Sequence record: PP942979.1
Reading direction: 5' to 3' (one strand)
Length of the DNA stretch: 64,000 nucleotides
This document shows, one piece after another, positions 9,939 to 18,275 of this stretch. Within the stretch, counting starts at the first letter, position 1; each line of letters starts with the position of its first letter. Under the pieces are notes generated by a model. It was given only the letters and a program-made list of their open reading frames with translations, searched no databases and was not told the DNA's origin. Both the position numbers and the translations under genes were made by a program.

Positions 9939-10481
9939 ATGACGGAAAAGATTACGCAGTTGGAGAAATGGTTTGATGCGTCGAAAGTCGCATTCAAAAT
10001 GGGAACAGTCAATCCTGATGGTGATGCTGCGTTGCTGCTGGCAATTCATAAACGTCTGGTGAAAGAAGCCGAAGAATCGGGTGACGAAAGCACTGTGACC
10101 GCCGCTCGTGTGAGTCTGGAAGAGTTCCTTGCGGACTTGCGCAAAGAGCTTCGCATGTACGATCTGATCTGCCGTCGCTTCAACACCGACCTGTACCCGC
10201 ATATCAAAATCGGTGATGACGTTAAGATCTATGTCGCGCTCATGGCAGAAACTCCAGGTAGCGCAGTGATGGCAATGACGTACCTGTATCTCGCTCGCTG
10301 CTATACGTTGCAAGATATGGTACTGAACTTCCTCCCGAACGGCTTCCCTGCTCACGATGCTCTCGGTCTTACGTGGAGCATTCAGAAAGGGAACAGTTCT
10401 AGCTTCACCGGAAATCTGGTGGATGATATTGAAACTGTAAATAGCCTGTACAATAAGATGTATCACTCGGGAGAGAAGTAA
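9939..10481 (+). CDS. hypothetical protein (180 aa)
   Basis: GAGGA RBS, phage codon usage. Confidence 0.7.
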   Translation: MTEKITQLEKWFDASKVAFKMGTVNPDGDAALLLAIHKRLVKEAEESGDESTVTAARVSLEEFLADLRKELRMYDLICRRFNTDLYPHIKIGDDVKIYVALMAETPGSAVMAMTYLYLARCYTLQDMVLNFLPNGFPAHDALGLTWSIQKGNSSSFTGNLVDDIETVNSLYNKMYHSGEK

Positions 10482-11074
10482 TGGATTTATCTGCAATCGG
10501 TTACGCCCCGAAGCAGTTTCGAGTAATCCCCGTTGAGAAGGGCAATCTCGTTACTGACTTCATTGAAGGTAAGTTTCGCGTTATTGGCGTTGAATGTAAC
10601 GCTCGTGGTGCTTACGGTAGTCCTATCCAAAAGAGTATTGCACGTCGCTTCCCCGAAGTTGTGCGCCACGTCGATTCAATCGACTATGAGCACGAACTGA
10701 CAATCGGTAAGACGCACATGGTACGTGTTAGCACTCGTCATCGTCGCAATCTGTTTGTGGCTAACATGCACATTGCGCGTGGCTTCGGTCTAGGCCTCAA
10801 CGGTTCTGCTGAGGGTTTTCACAAGCCCATCAATCGTTTCAGTGAGAAGTTCCTGACGCGAGCTTTTGAGGACCTGCTGGAGCAGTGTGCAAAAGAAAAC
10901 ATTGCACCAGACAGGCAGATTGCAATCCAACGTTTCTACGGCGGATTAGGCGGGGTTTCGTGGGAAGAAGTATGTGCAGTTCTGGACGCTATCTGCGAGA
11001 AGCACCAGTTCAATATGTACGCCTATCTACCACGCAACTACAACACTAACTTTGTGCGGGGCGTCGCTCAATAA
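10481..11074 (+). CDS. macro-domain protein (T4 Tk.4 / TARG1 / DarG-like)
   Basis: EKGNLV, ECNARGAYGSPIQKSIARRFPE, IAIQRFYGGLGGVSWEEV match macro-domain signatures. Confidence 0.7.
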   Translation: MDLSAIGYAPKQFRVIPVEKGNLVTDFIEGKFRVIGVECNARGAYGSPIQKSIARRFPEVVRHVDSIDYEHELTIGKTHMVRVSTRHRRNLFVANMHIARGFGLGLNGSAEGFHKPINRFSEKFLTRAFEDLLEQCAKENIAPDRQIAIQRFYGGLGGVSWEEVCAVLDAICEKHQFNMYAYLPRNYNTNFVRGVAQ

Positions 11075-11086
11075 CTCTGGGGTGTA

Positions 11087-11431
11087 TTGATGAATACAAT
11101 ACGCGGATTTGATTGGCTCTTTTACGGAGATGGAACCGATAGTGGCCAACACTCAATTTTAAGCGTCGTTGTTGAACAAGCAACGAAATCAGTGCAGGTG
11201 GAAGTGAAGCCAGGAATGGCGGTGCCTGTAATTCAAGCGATTCAGGAAAATGAAGTCCTGTACGCTCAAACGGACGCTGGCCTGTATCGCATTCGCTATA
11301 CTTGTTCGTTCCGTTCACTGGATGCTAACGCATTCCCGAAAGACAAAACAACCTTCCGCTTGAAGCTGATTGCTTGCGATTTTCTGGCGGACGTAACAAC
11401 GCACGATAAGCTGTCGGAGTACGTGCCATGA
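11087..11431 (+). CDS. hypothetical protein (114 aa)
   Basis: ORF in the operon, ATGA overlap with the next gene. Confidence 0.6.
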   Translation: MMNTIRGFDWLFYGDGTDSGQHSILSVVVEQATKSVQVEVKPGMAVPVIQAIQENEVLYAQTDAGLYRIRYTCSFRSLDANAFPKDKTTFRLKLIACDFLADVTTHDKLSEYVP

Positions 11432-12180
11432 TCACTGTACAGAAAATTGAAGCCCGTTTAAAAAGACTGGACTATACTCGGCCCTCACCTTCGCGTGAGA
11501 TGCTTGAGGGACTTATGCAAGACGGGCGCACTCGCATTCTCAAGAAGTCTGAGACTGACTTGTGTGCCGACTCAGATCGCTACTTTGAGTTTTGTCTTTC
11601 ACAGGTCGGCTCTTTCTGTACTGCCGCATACAATGCTGTGGAGATCGGTCTGTCTCTCAACATTCAACCAATCTATATTGCGGCTGCTATCAATCTGCAT
11701 GGCGGCGACTGGCAGTATCGCTTCCTTGAGTTAAAACGTTTCGGCCTGTTAGACCGTGGCGATCATACTGTGTGGCGTTCTGCTGATTCGTGGTTTGGAT
11801 TGGGTGAAGCGCGTCGTCGTTTAGTGCAGGCTGGCGCAACGTCTGAAATCTCTACCGGTCAGTCTATTCTGCGTATGGCTGTGCGCAAAGGCGAGATGGA
11901 AAAGATTCGTATGATTGCAGAAACGAATCCGCATCGCATGATGTCCATTCTCAACATACGCAAAGAGCCTATGTACAATGACCCTCGTACTCTTGCCGCA
12001 AAGAAAGCGCGTGAGAAAGCGAAATCGGATGCTGCGGCTGCTGGTAAGAAGCTGGTAGAGAAAGGTGCGTTCAACGATTTGGGTGGCGTGTTCAATAAAA
12101 CGATCACAAAAGCAGACCCGACACGTCCTCGTACCGCTGATGAATACACAACTGCTGGTGGCAGAAAGTACACCATGTAG
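11428..12180 (+). CDS. hypothetical protein (250 aa)
   Basis: ATGA-coupled; basic C-terminus. Confidence 0.7.
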   Translation: MITVQKIEARLKRLDYTRPSPSREMLEGLMQDGRTRILKKSETDLCADSDRYFEFCLSQVGSFCTAAYNAVEIGLSLNIQPIYIAAAINLHGGDWQYRFLELKRFGLLDRGDHTVWRSADSWFGLGEARRRLVQAGATSEISTGQSILRMAVRKGEMEKIRMIAETNPHRMMSILNIRKEPMYNDPRTLAAKKAREKAKSDAAAAGKKLVEKGAFNDLGGVFNKTITKADPTRPRTADEYTTAGGRKYTM

Positions 12181-12202
12181 GCTACGATTCAAGGAGAAGA
12201 TT

Positions 12203-12580
12203 TTGAAAATCGAATACATAGTTACGCAGATTGAAAAGCTCGTACACAATGAGTACGATACCGTCAATAAATATAGCGGTATGACGGCCAGCGAAATCGC
12301 CAAGACAGAAGGCAAACTTATCTTCATTATGAACAATACATTTGTTCACGATAAGCTCTTGTGTCTGCCTGATGATCATCGTGGAGCTTTTCGTCCTGTA
12401 GAGAATATGGAAACATTGCGCACGGGTCTTCTCGGACATGTGCATAACATGCCTATCTACAGTGACTGGATGCACGAGCCTCATTCGAGAACTGGTGTCA
12501 ACCGGGAGCCTCGGGTAGCTGTTGTTGATCTGGAAACCAACGCAATTTTTCGAATTGACGCAGAGAAATTTGTTTGCTGA
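12203..12580 (+). CDS. hypothetical protein (about 125 aa, TTG start)
   Basis: AAGGAG RBS upstream of TTG 12203. Confidence 0.6.
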   Translation: MKIEYIVTQIEKLVHNEYDTVNKYSGMTASEIAKTEGKLIFIMNNTFVHDKLLCLPDDHRGAFRPVENMETLRTGLLGHVHNMPIYSDWMHEPHSRTGVNREPRVAVVDLETNAIFRIDAEKFVC

Positions 12581-12633
12581 TTTTCTGCGGACGGTAATTT
12601 CGACAGGTCAAAACAAATAACGGAAACATAATC

Positions 12634-13404
12634 ATGAGCAACGTTGATACAACAATGCCTGAAGGTAAGTGGGAGTTCAATGAGCCAGTTGCTGCTGTGT
12701 TTGACAACATGCTGCAAAACTCAATCCCATCTTATGATCGTATGCGTGACCTGACGTATCGTTTAGGTCGTCAGTTTGTTACACCGGGATCGGCCATCGT
12801 TGATTTAGGTGCGAGCCTGGGCCGTGCGATTGAGCCTTTCGCAAGAGAGTTCGGTCAGTATCAGTGGCATCATTGCCCTCACTCGGATGGGCCTGATACA
12901 GAGACTGGTAATCACTACAGCCTGTACGAGATCGCTCCTGCAATGCGTGAGCGTTTGATGACTAACGAGTTGTTGAACAGCGTGAACGCAAAGCTGGAAA
13001 AGGAATCTCTGGTCGATGTAGACACCTTCCGCTTTAGTGGTCAAGTTGATTGCTCACTGATTCTGAGCGTGTTGACTCTCCAGTTCACCCCTATCGAACA
13101 TCGCCAGCATATTCTGGAAAAGGTATATGACTCGCTACAGAAAGGCGGCGCGTTCATCCTGATTGAGAAAGTGCTGGGTGATGACAACTACCTGGACCGT
13201 CTGCTGGTAGATACCTACTATCAGATGAAGGGCGACAACGGCTACTCGCAGGAAAGCATTGCGACGAAACGTAAGTCACTTGAGGGCGTACTCGTTCCAG
13301 TGAAGGCCGCATGGAACGAAGAACTGCTGCGTAAGGCTGGCTTCGACCGCGTAGAGTGCTTCTACCGTGATCTGAACTTCGCAGGTTGGATTGCGATCAA
13401 GTAA
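12634..13404 (+). CDS. cmoA: CmoA-like carboxy-S-adenosyl-L-methionine synthase
   Basis: WEFNEPVAAVFDNMLQNSIPSY, DLGASLG, TLQF, GGAFILIEK, GYSQESIATKRKSLEGV parallel E. coli CmoA ([22 protein letters not shown]...GYSELEISQKRSMLENV); Arg199 equivalent retained (13270-13272). Confidence 0.88.
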   Translation: MSNVDTTMPEGKWEFNEPVAAVFDNMLQNSIPSYDRMRDLTYRLGRQFVTPGSAIVDLGASLGRAIEPFAREFGQYQWHHCPHSDGPDTETGNHYSLYEIAPAMRERLMTNELLNSVNAKLEKESLVDVDTFRFSGQVDCSLILSVLTLQFTPIEHRQHILEKVYDSLQKGGAFILIEKVLGDDNYLDRLLVDTYYQMKGDNGYSQESIATKRKSLEGVLVPVKAAWNEELLRKAGFDRVECFYRDLNFAGWIAIK

Positions 13405-13408
13405 CCGT

Positions 13409-13437
13409 GTGGGTGGCTTCGGCTGCCCACTGCTTTT
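13409..13437 (+). terminator. rho-independent terminator (interrupted U-tract)
   Basis: GTGGGTGGC-TTCG-GCTGCCCAC-TGCTTTT. Confidence 0.6.
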
Positions 13438-13449
13438 GAGGGAACAACC

Positions 13450-14316
13450 ATGGCTAATGTACGCCAAGAACGCTGCGCACGAATGATACGCGAGTCACTA
13501 ATCGCAGAAATAAAAAAGGCTCGCTCTAAACGTCCTTACGTCTTCCTCAGTGGCGGCGTAGATTCAAACTGTATTCTGTTTGCTGCACTGGCTGCTGGCT
13601 GCAAGCCAATCACACTGAGCTTTCATATGGAAGGCGTTAACAGTCGTGACTTCCGTGCGGCACAAGCTATCGCTCAGGAGTTTAATCTTGAGCTAATCGA
13701 AGTCGTTCTTCCCAACAGCTATGAGAAGTTGAAGAAAGATGTGCTGCTCATGGCCAAGCGTTACGCCTGTATTCAGAAGAACGAATTTGAATGTTCATGG
13801 CCGATGCTCTACAGCTTCTTCCACGTTCGCAATCACGCGGCAGAGAATGGCATCAAGAATCCTGTGACGTTTACCGGACAGGGCGCCGACCTGATGTATC
13901 TCAGTAGCAAGAAGGCGAGCATTCACTATAAAGATCGTCCAGACGAATGGCGTAAAGAAGGCCGCGCTAACCCACATCGTACTCAGGGCCGTATCTTACC
14001 TGTGATGGCGCGTGACGCTGGTGTGCGTAACATCAAGCCGTGGGACAGCGAAGAAATCCTGGAAGCGTTTCTCGGCACAAGCTGGGAAGACGTTAACAAG
14101 CCTCGTCAGAAAGAGCCGTCTCGTATGGCTTTCGAAGAAGACTTCAAACGTATTCGCGTATACAACCATCAGAACTTCCAACTCGGTGACACAGGCATCG
14201 CAGAGCATTTTGAAAAGCTGCTGGCCGATCCTGAGATGAATCCTGATCTTAAATACAAAAGCGTCGTCGGTGTTTACGGTGAGCTTGCCCGTAAGTATCA
14301 GGGAATCGAATCATGA
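13450..14316 (+). CDS. asparagine-synthetase-like ATP-dependent amide ligase (synthetase domain only)
   Basis: PP-loop VFLSGGVDS, TGQGADLMY (AsnB SGEGADELF), NFQLGDTG; no N-terminal Ntn glutaminase domain. Confidence 0.8.
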   Translation: MANVRQERCARMIRESLIAEIKKARSKRPYVFLSGGVDSNCILFAALAAGCKPITLSFHMEGVNSRDFRAAQAIAQEFNLELIEVVLPNSYEKLKKDVLLMAKRYACIQKNEFECSWPMLYSFFHVRNHAAENGIKNPVTFTGQGADLMYLSSKKASIHYKDRPDEWRKEGRANPHRTQGRILPVMARDAGVRNIKPWDSEEILEAFLGTSWEDVNKPRQKEPSRMAFEEDFKRIRVYNHQNFQLGDTGIAEHFEKLLADPEMNPDLKYKSVVGVYGELARKYQGIES

Positions 14317-14924
14317 TTCATATCATTGATGGTGGTGTTGGTTGTGATTACGTTTCTGAAAAGCTGCGTGACGCTGGAATCAACTGTCGTACTCATGCGC
14401 CAAACAACCCACGCGTTCGCGCTGCATACGCACCTTACGCCTCGCTGTCCATGGGCTTTAGCGTAGAAGAAATTGAGAAGCATATCGGTAACGTGCTTGG
14501 CACATATCGTGGCCTGTTTCTGATTAGCAGTTACATCGGCTCGCTGGTGGCACGTAGCATGATTGATCAATGCGGCCAAAGCCATAACATCATTTACTGC
14601 GATGACTTCAAGTGCGGTTCTCTGCCTGTCGTTGCTTCTTCTATTTCTGTAAACACCTACAAGAAGCAACGGCAACTCGGACGTATTGCTGGCCGTCTCA
14701 AACACTTTGACTTTGACCACGAATTTATTATTGCTGACAAGGCAGTGCGATTTGCGGCAGGCTCAGAGTTTGATGAACATGAAGCGCGTAGCGAACTGAA
14801 CAACCATGCGAAGTTCCTGTCGAGTCCGTCCATGATTGTTGCAGCACACAAACTCGGTGTGCGTAGCAGCATGTATCATAACTATGCAGGGCTGGTGAAA
14901 GAGTTCATTGAGAATCGCCAGTAG
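14313..14924 (+). CDS. hypothetical protein, weak resemblance to the glutamate racemase (MurI) N-terminal domain
   Basis: MIHIIDGGVG ~ MIGVFDSGVG, APYASLS ~ VPYGTKS; catalytic Cys absent; ATGA-coupled to the amide ligase. Confidence 0.45.
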   Translation: MIHIIDGGVGCDYVSEKLRDAGINCRTHAPNNPRVRAAYAPYASLSMGFSVEEIEKHIGNVLGTYRGLFLISSYIGSLVARSMIDQCGQSHNIIYCDDFKCGSLPVVASSISVNTYKKQRQLGRIAGRLKHFDFDHEFIIADKAVRFAAGSEFDEHEARSELNNHAKFLSSPSMIVAAHKLGVRSSMYHNYAGLVKEFIENRQ

Positions 14925-14942
14925 CAGTAACGAGAGGGCACG

Positions 14943-15206
14943 ATGATTAATCGCTTTCAGTTAAAACGAGTTCCAGTGATTGAAGCCTGTCAGTGGAACG
15001 GAGAGAACGTTGAGGAGATGAATCAGTTTCTCAACGGAGGTGGTTACGTTGTAGGTCGTTATGTCCAGATTGGTGTGACGGACAAACAGGGTAACCCAAC
15101 TCTGGCTAACGTAGCAGTAGGCAACTACGCAGTGAAAGACGAAGACGGCAAGTACGGCGCAATCACCGCATCAGAGTTGATGGACCTTTACGTACTGGCG
15201 GATTGA
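14943..15206 (+). CDS. conserved phage hypothetical protein
   Basis: PVIEACQWNGEN...GNYAVKDEDG pattern common in phage proteins. Confidence 0.7.
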   Translation: MINRFQLKRVPVIEACQWNGENVEEMNQFLNGGGYVVGRYVQIGVTDKQGNPTLANVAVGNYAVKDEDGKYGAITASELMDLYVLAD

Positions 15207-15213
15207 GGAACAC

Positions 15214-15669
15214 ATGAATCTTTTCTCTATTTTAAAACAGCAAGTGAAGAAAGCGCTGTCTACCGAAGCGAACCACGAACCAGAAATTCGTGCTTTGTTT
15301 GACTGGCGTTACTCAGTTGAGATCAAAGGTCAGATGTATATCGTCGGTAAGACAGGAGCAAACACCTGCTTCTATATCGAGCCGGGAACGTCTGAACCTA
15401 TCGCCTGTTACCCCGATGCGTTACTGGACAAGATCGACCAGTGGGGTTCAGGCAAGTACGTGTCGTATGCGATCTACTTCAAACGCTTCGAAAGCCCTGT
15501 TGCTGAGAACATCAAAAGTCTCGAAAAGGCAATGACAGGTAAACCGAAGACGTTTAAGAAAGGTTACTTCATCTGTGGCGTTACGCCGAAAGGCAAGCGC
15601 GTCAAGCTCTATCGTCTTCAACAGGGACTGAGCGGAATGCAGTGGGTAGCAGTGGAACCTAAAAAGTAA
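15214..15669 (+). CDS. hypothetical protein (151 aa)
   Basis: GAGGA RBS. Confidence 0.7.
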   Translation: MNLFSILKQQVKKALSTEANHEPEIRALFDWRYSVEIKGQMYIVGKTGANTCFYIEPGTSEPIACYPDALLDKIDQWGSGKYVSYAIYFKRFESPVAENIKSLEKAMTGKPKTFKKGYFICGVTPKGKRVKLYRLQQGLSGMQWVAVEPKK

Positions 15670-15697
15670 TCACGGACTGTCCGTGTGAGGAGCAAGT

Positions 15698-15991
15698 ATG
15701 ATTAGTGACATTACAGTCGGCTGTATCTATAAGTCACCTAGTGACAGACCATTTATTGTTGACTGCATTGCTGCGCACGGACAGGATTGCTCTCTACCTA
15801 TGGTCGTCTATCGTAATCTTGAAAAGACGTTAGACAAACCGGCAGGTACCGTATGGGTAATCCCTGAGTCGTTGTTCACAATGCAGTTCTCTGAGTATGA
15901 ATGTGGAGAACATCATGAACACAACGAACTTGTATCAGCATCTGGCGTCAAGGGGGTTCGATCCTTCTTTTTATCATTGCTGGGTGAGTGA
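15698..15991 (+). CDS. DUF1653-like protein
   Basis: GCIYKSPSDRPFIV..IAAH..MVVYRNL..VWVIPESLF matches the DUF1653 pattern; GAGGAG RBS. Confidence 0.6.
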   Translation: MISDITVGCIYKSPSDRPFIVDCIAAHGQDCSLPMVVYRNLEKTLDKPAGTVWVIPESLFTMQFSEYECGEHHEHNELVSASGVKGVRSFFLSLLGE

Positions 15992-16431
15992 AACACAAAT
16001 GACCGTACCTCTGTTTGCGTTTGACAGAGCGATGCGTGGTCTACAGGTCTACACACCAGATGCACCAAAGCACGACGCTAACCCGAAAGCGTGTCGTTAC
16101 TTTACGCGAGCATTCGGCGGCAAGCAGTTGGTGTGGGGATCGGAAATTAAACCTGAACGGGTCGACCGTATTCTTAACTGAGTCTGTGTTCAAGGCATGT
16201 GCATTGCATCGTCTTGGACTTAACGCTTGGTCCGTTCTTGGCTCTGATGTTAGTGACCATCTTTATCGTCAGTTGTGTCTTCTTGGTCTTCGGTTCGTTT
16301 GTCTCGGCGATAACGATCCGGCAGGGCAGAAGTTTAGTCAGACGTTTGGGCTAGGCGCTGTCAGTCGTGACCTTGATGAATTGACTGACGAGGAACTTCT
16401 CGACCTAACTCTACCATTCGTAAGGAAGTAA
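15915..16431 (+). pseudogene. Toprim (primase-like) gene split by a +1 frameshift near 16143-16147
   Basis: N-part ...GKQLVWGSE, then a different frame gives LNLNGSTVFLTESVFKA..LGDNDPAG..DLDEL (Toprim E and DxD motifs); the downstream part has no RBS/ATG of its own. Confidence 0.7.
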
Positions 16432-16432
16432 A

Positions 16433-16867
16433 ATGGAAAACAAACATAAGATCATCATTCGCATCTTAGGTGATGTGGGTAGCGGTAAGTCTGCTGCATA
16501 CTGTCGTATTGCTGCGATGCTGAAAGACAGCGGTGCGACGGTCATTCACGCCGACGAGAAAGCGTGGAACATGCTGCAAAACGCAGGTGAAGCCGACCGC
16601 GCGAAAGAAGACCTGTATACCTTCGCGCCTCAGGTTACTCTGGAAGAAGCCTGCATTCGCTCGGACTCGTCAATGTCGAAAAATCAGATCATGCAGTATT
16701 TCGCATACGCACATCTGCCTGCACATCTGCAACGTGTCAGTAAGCCGTTCGCGCTGCTGGCGCAAGAGATGGATCTGTATCTGCCCGACGGCGCTGAGAA
16801 GTCTGCTGGTCTGCGTAAACTTCTCGAAGCGAAAGACTGTGCCGTTCGTGCGGTGATGGCTAAATGA
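16433..16867 (+). CDS. hypothetical protein: N-terminal P-loop plus C-terminal Acb2/Tad1-like helical hairpin
   Basis: GDVGSGKS; YFAYAHLP...LPDGAEKSAGLRKLLEAKDCAVRA. Confidence 0.55.
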   Translation: MENKHKIIIRILGDVGSGKSAAYCRIAAMLKDSGATVIHADEKAWNMLQNAGEADRAKEDLYTFAPQVTLEEACIRSDSSMSKNQIMQYFAYAHLPAHLQRVSKPFALLAQEMDLYLPDGAEKSAGLRKLLEAKDCAVRAVMAK

Positions 16868-17196
16868 CGCTGAACCTTATCTGTCCTCCGATTGATCTGC
16901 GTGAAGCGTGGTACATGCGTCATGACTACACCAACGACCCAATCAACATTCAGAATATCATCTCCGTTAAGGCTGAGAAGTATAGCGCCTATCCTGACGA
17001 AGAAGGTACGCCTGCGATCTTCTTTAATGTTGTAGGCCGCGACAAGCCGTTGATGTGGTTGTTCCCGAAACATCGTTATGGGTTTGAGAAGGCTGTCGAA
17101 CTGCGCGACGCTATACTTGAACAGATAGAGCGTGGTAGCTATTCTCCAGACGTTACAACCACGCAGTATCTTGAGGCATTAAAAACAATCGACTAG
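16864..17196 (+). CDS. hypothetical protein (110 aa)
   Basis: Overlaps the stop of the upstream gene. Confidence 0.65.
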   Translation: MTLNLICPPIDLREAWYMRHDYTNDPINIQNIISVKAEKYSAYPDEEGTPAIFFNVVGRDKPLMWLFPKHRYGFEKAVELRDAILEQIERGSYSPDVTTTQYLEALKTID

Positions 17197-17206
17197 GGAG
17201 GCGATC

Positions 17207-17233
17207 ATGAACGATTGGTTCTACGGCGGTTAA
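17207..17233 (+). CDS. putative 8-aa minigene MNDWFYGG
   Basis: GGGAGG RBS 7 nt before ATG; lies between the upstream stop and the terminator. Confidence 0.35.
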   Translation: MNDWFYGG

Positions 17234-17247
17234 TGTGCAGTAACTCA

Positions 17248-17273
17248 AAGGGTGGCCTAATGGCTGCCCTTTT
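17248..17273 (+). terminator. rho-independent terminator
   Basis: AAGGGTGGCC-TAAT-GGCTGCCCTT-TT. Confidence 0.75.
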
Positions 17274-17395
17274 CTGATCTTAGACAACTAAAATAAGCCA
17301 TTAGGGATAGCGAATAACCGTGCGTAAGGCATATAAAACCATGTGTAGGCAGCGTAGAAACACCACCTTTTTCTTGAGCAGTGGGAAGCGCTTAA

Positions 17396-17405
17396 AATCT
17401 GTAAA
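17396..17405 (+). promoter_or_regulatory. AATCTGTAAA motif, copy 2
   Basis: 20 nt upstream of the dam start, intergenic. Confidence 0.6.
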
Positions 17406-17425
17406 ACAAGAGAAAGGAGAGAAAA

Positions 17426-18268
17426 ATGACAGTAATAAGTCCAATCCGTTATCAGGGCAATAAGCGAAGCCTTATCCCTATCATTCTCGAACACACGCCA
17501 AGCGTACAAGACTGTCCGCGTATGGTTGATGTGTTTGGCGGTAGTGCTACTGTGTGCGCTAACATGCCACAGAAGTTTCGCGTGTACAACGAACTCAGTC
17601 CTCAGGTATTTGAGATCGTTAAGATGCTGGTGGAGCAAGACCCGAAGAAAACTTTAGGTCAAGTTAAGCGACTGGTAAAGCACTGGTGCCTGACAAACAG
17701 CAACGAAGAAAACTACGATGCGTTTCGTACTGTCGTCCAAAAGAAGCGAACGCCTATTCTCCATTACGTGGCGCACCGACATGCACACTCGAACATGCTG
17801 CGCTTTAATCAGCAGGGTATCTACAACGTAGGCTTTGGTGATCGTGGACTGATTGGAAAGTTCGACGAACTGGAAGACGAACTCACTACGTTCCACAGTC
17901 ACATGCAGGGTGTCCACCTGACGAACATGAAGTATGGTAAGTTGTTGAGCCGTCTTGGTAGTCAACTGAACTGCAACACGTTCTGCTATTTCGACCCGCC
18001 GTATCTTGCCTCAGGTGCTATGCAGTATGGAAAGTGGACAGAAGCGAACGAGCGCAATCTACTCGCAGCGCTTGAGCAACTGAATCGCTTAGGTGTGCCG
18101 TGGATGTTGAGCAACGTTACTGAACATCGACACTTCTCAAACGACTTGTTGAAGCGTTGGCTAAAGAAACATGCAACGACTGTGCTCTACCCAAACAAAA
18201 GCTATGCGATGAACAATGGCCAGAGCGGCTCGCATGGTACCGTTGAAATTCTGGCAATGAACTACTGA
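17426..18268 (+). CDS. dam: DNA adenine methyltransferase (T4 Dam family)
   Basis: SPIRYQGNKRSL, VDVFGGSATV, YFDPPY, WMLSN, EILAMNY. Confidence 0.88.
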   Translation: MTVISPIRYQGNKRSLIPIILEHTPSVQDCPRMVDVFGGSATVCANMPQKFRVYNELSPQVFEIVKMLVEQDPKKTLGQVKRLVKHWCLTNSNEENYDAFRTVVQKKRTPILHYVAHRHAHSNMLRFNQQGIYNVGFGDRGLIGKFDELEDELTTFHSHMQGVHLTNMKYGKLLSRLGSQLNCNTFCYFDPPYLASGAMQYGKWTEANERNLLAALEQLNRLGVPWMLSNVTEHRHFSNDLLKRWLKKHATTVLYPNKSYAMNNGQSGSHGTVEILAMNY

Positions 18269-18275
18269 GGTAATC

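Noticed and set aside
12634-13404. cmoA as a simple auxiliary tRNA wobble-modification gene
   Set aside because: Not excluded, but no cmoB or tRNA genes are in the window, and the ligase neighbour plus the Arg-substituted MTase explain it better.
17274-17395. About 120-nt intergenic stretch as a tRNA, ncRNA or origin
   Set aside because: No cloverleaf, iterons or convincing stable structure were found by eye; likely a promoter region.
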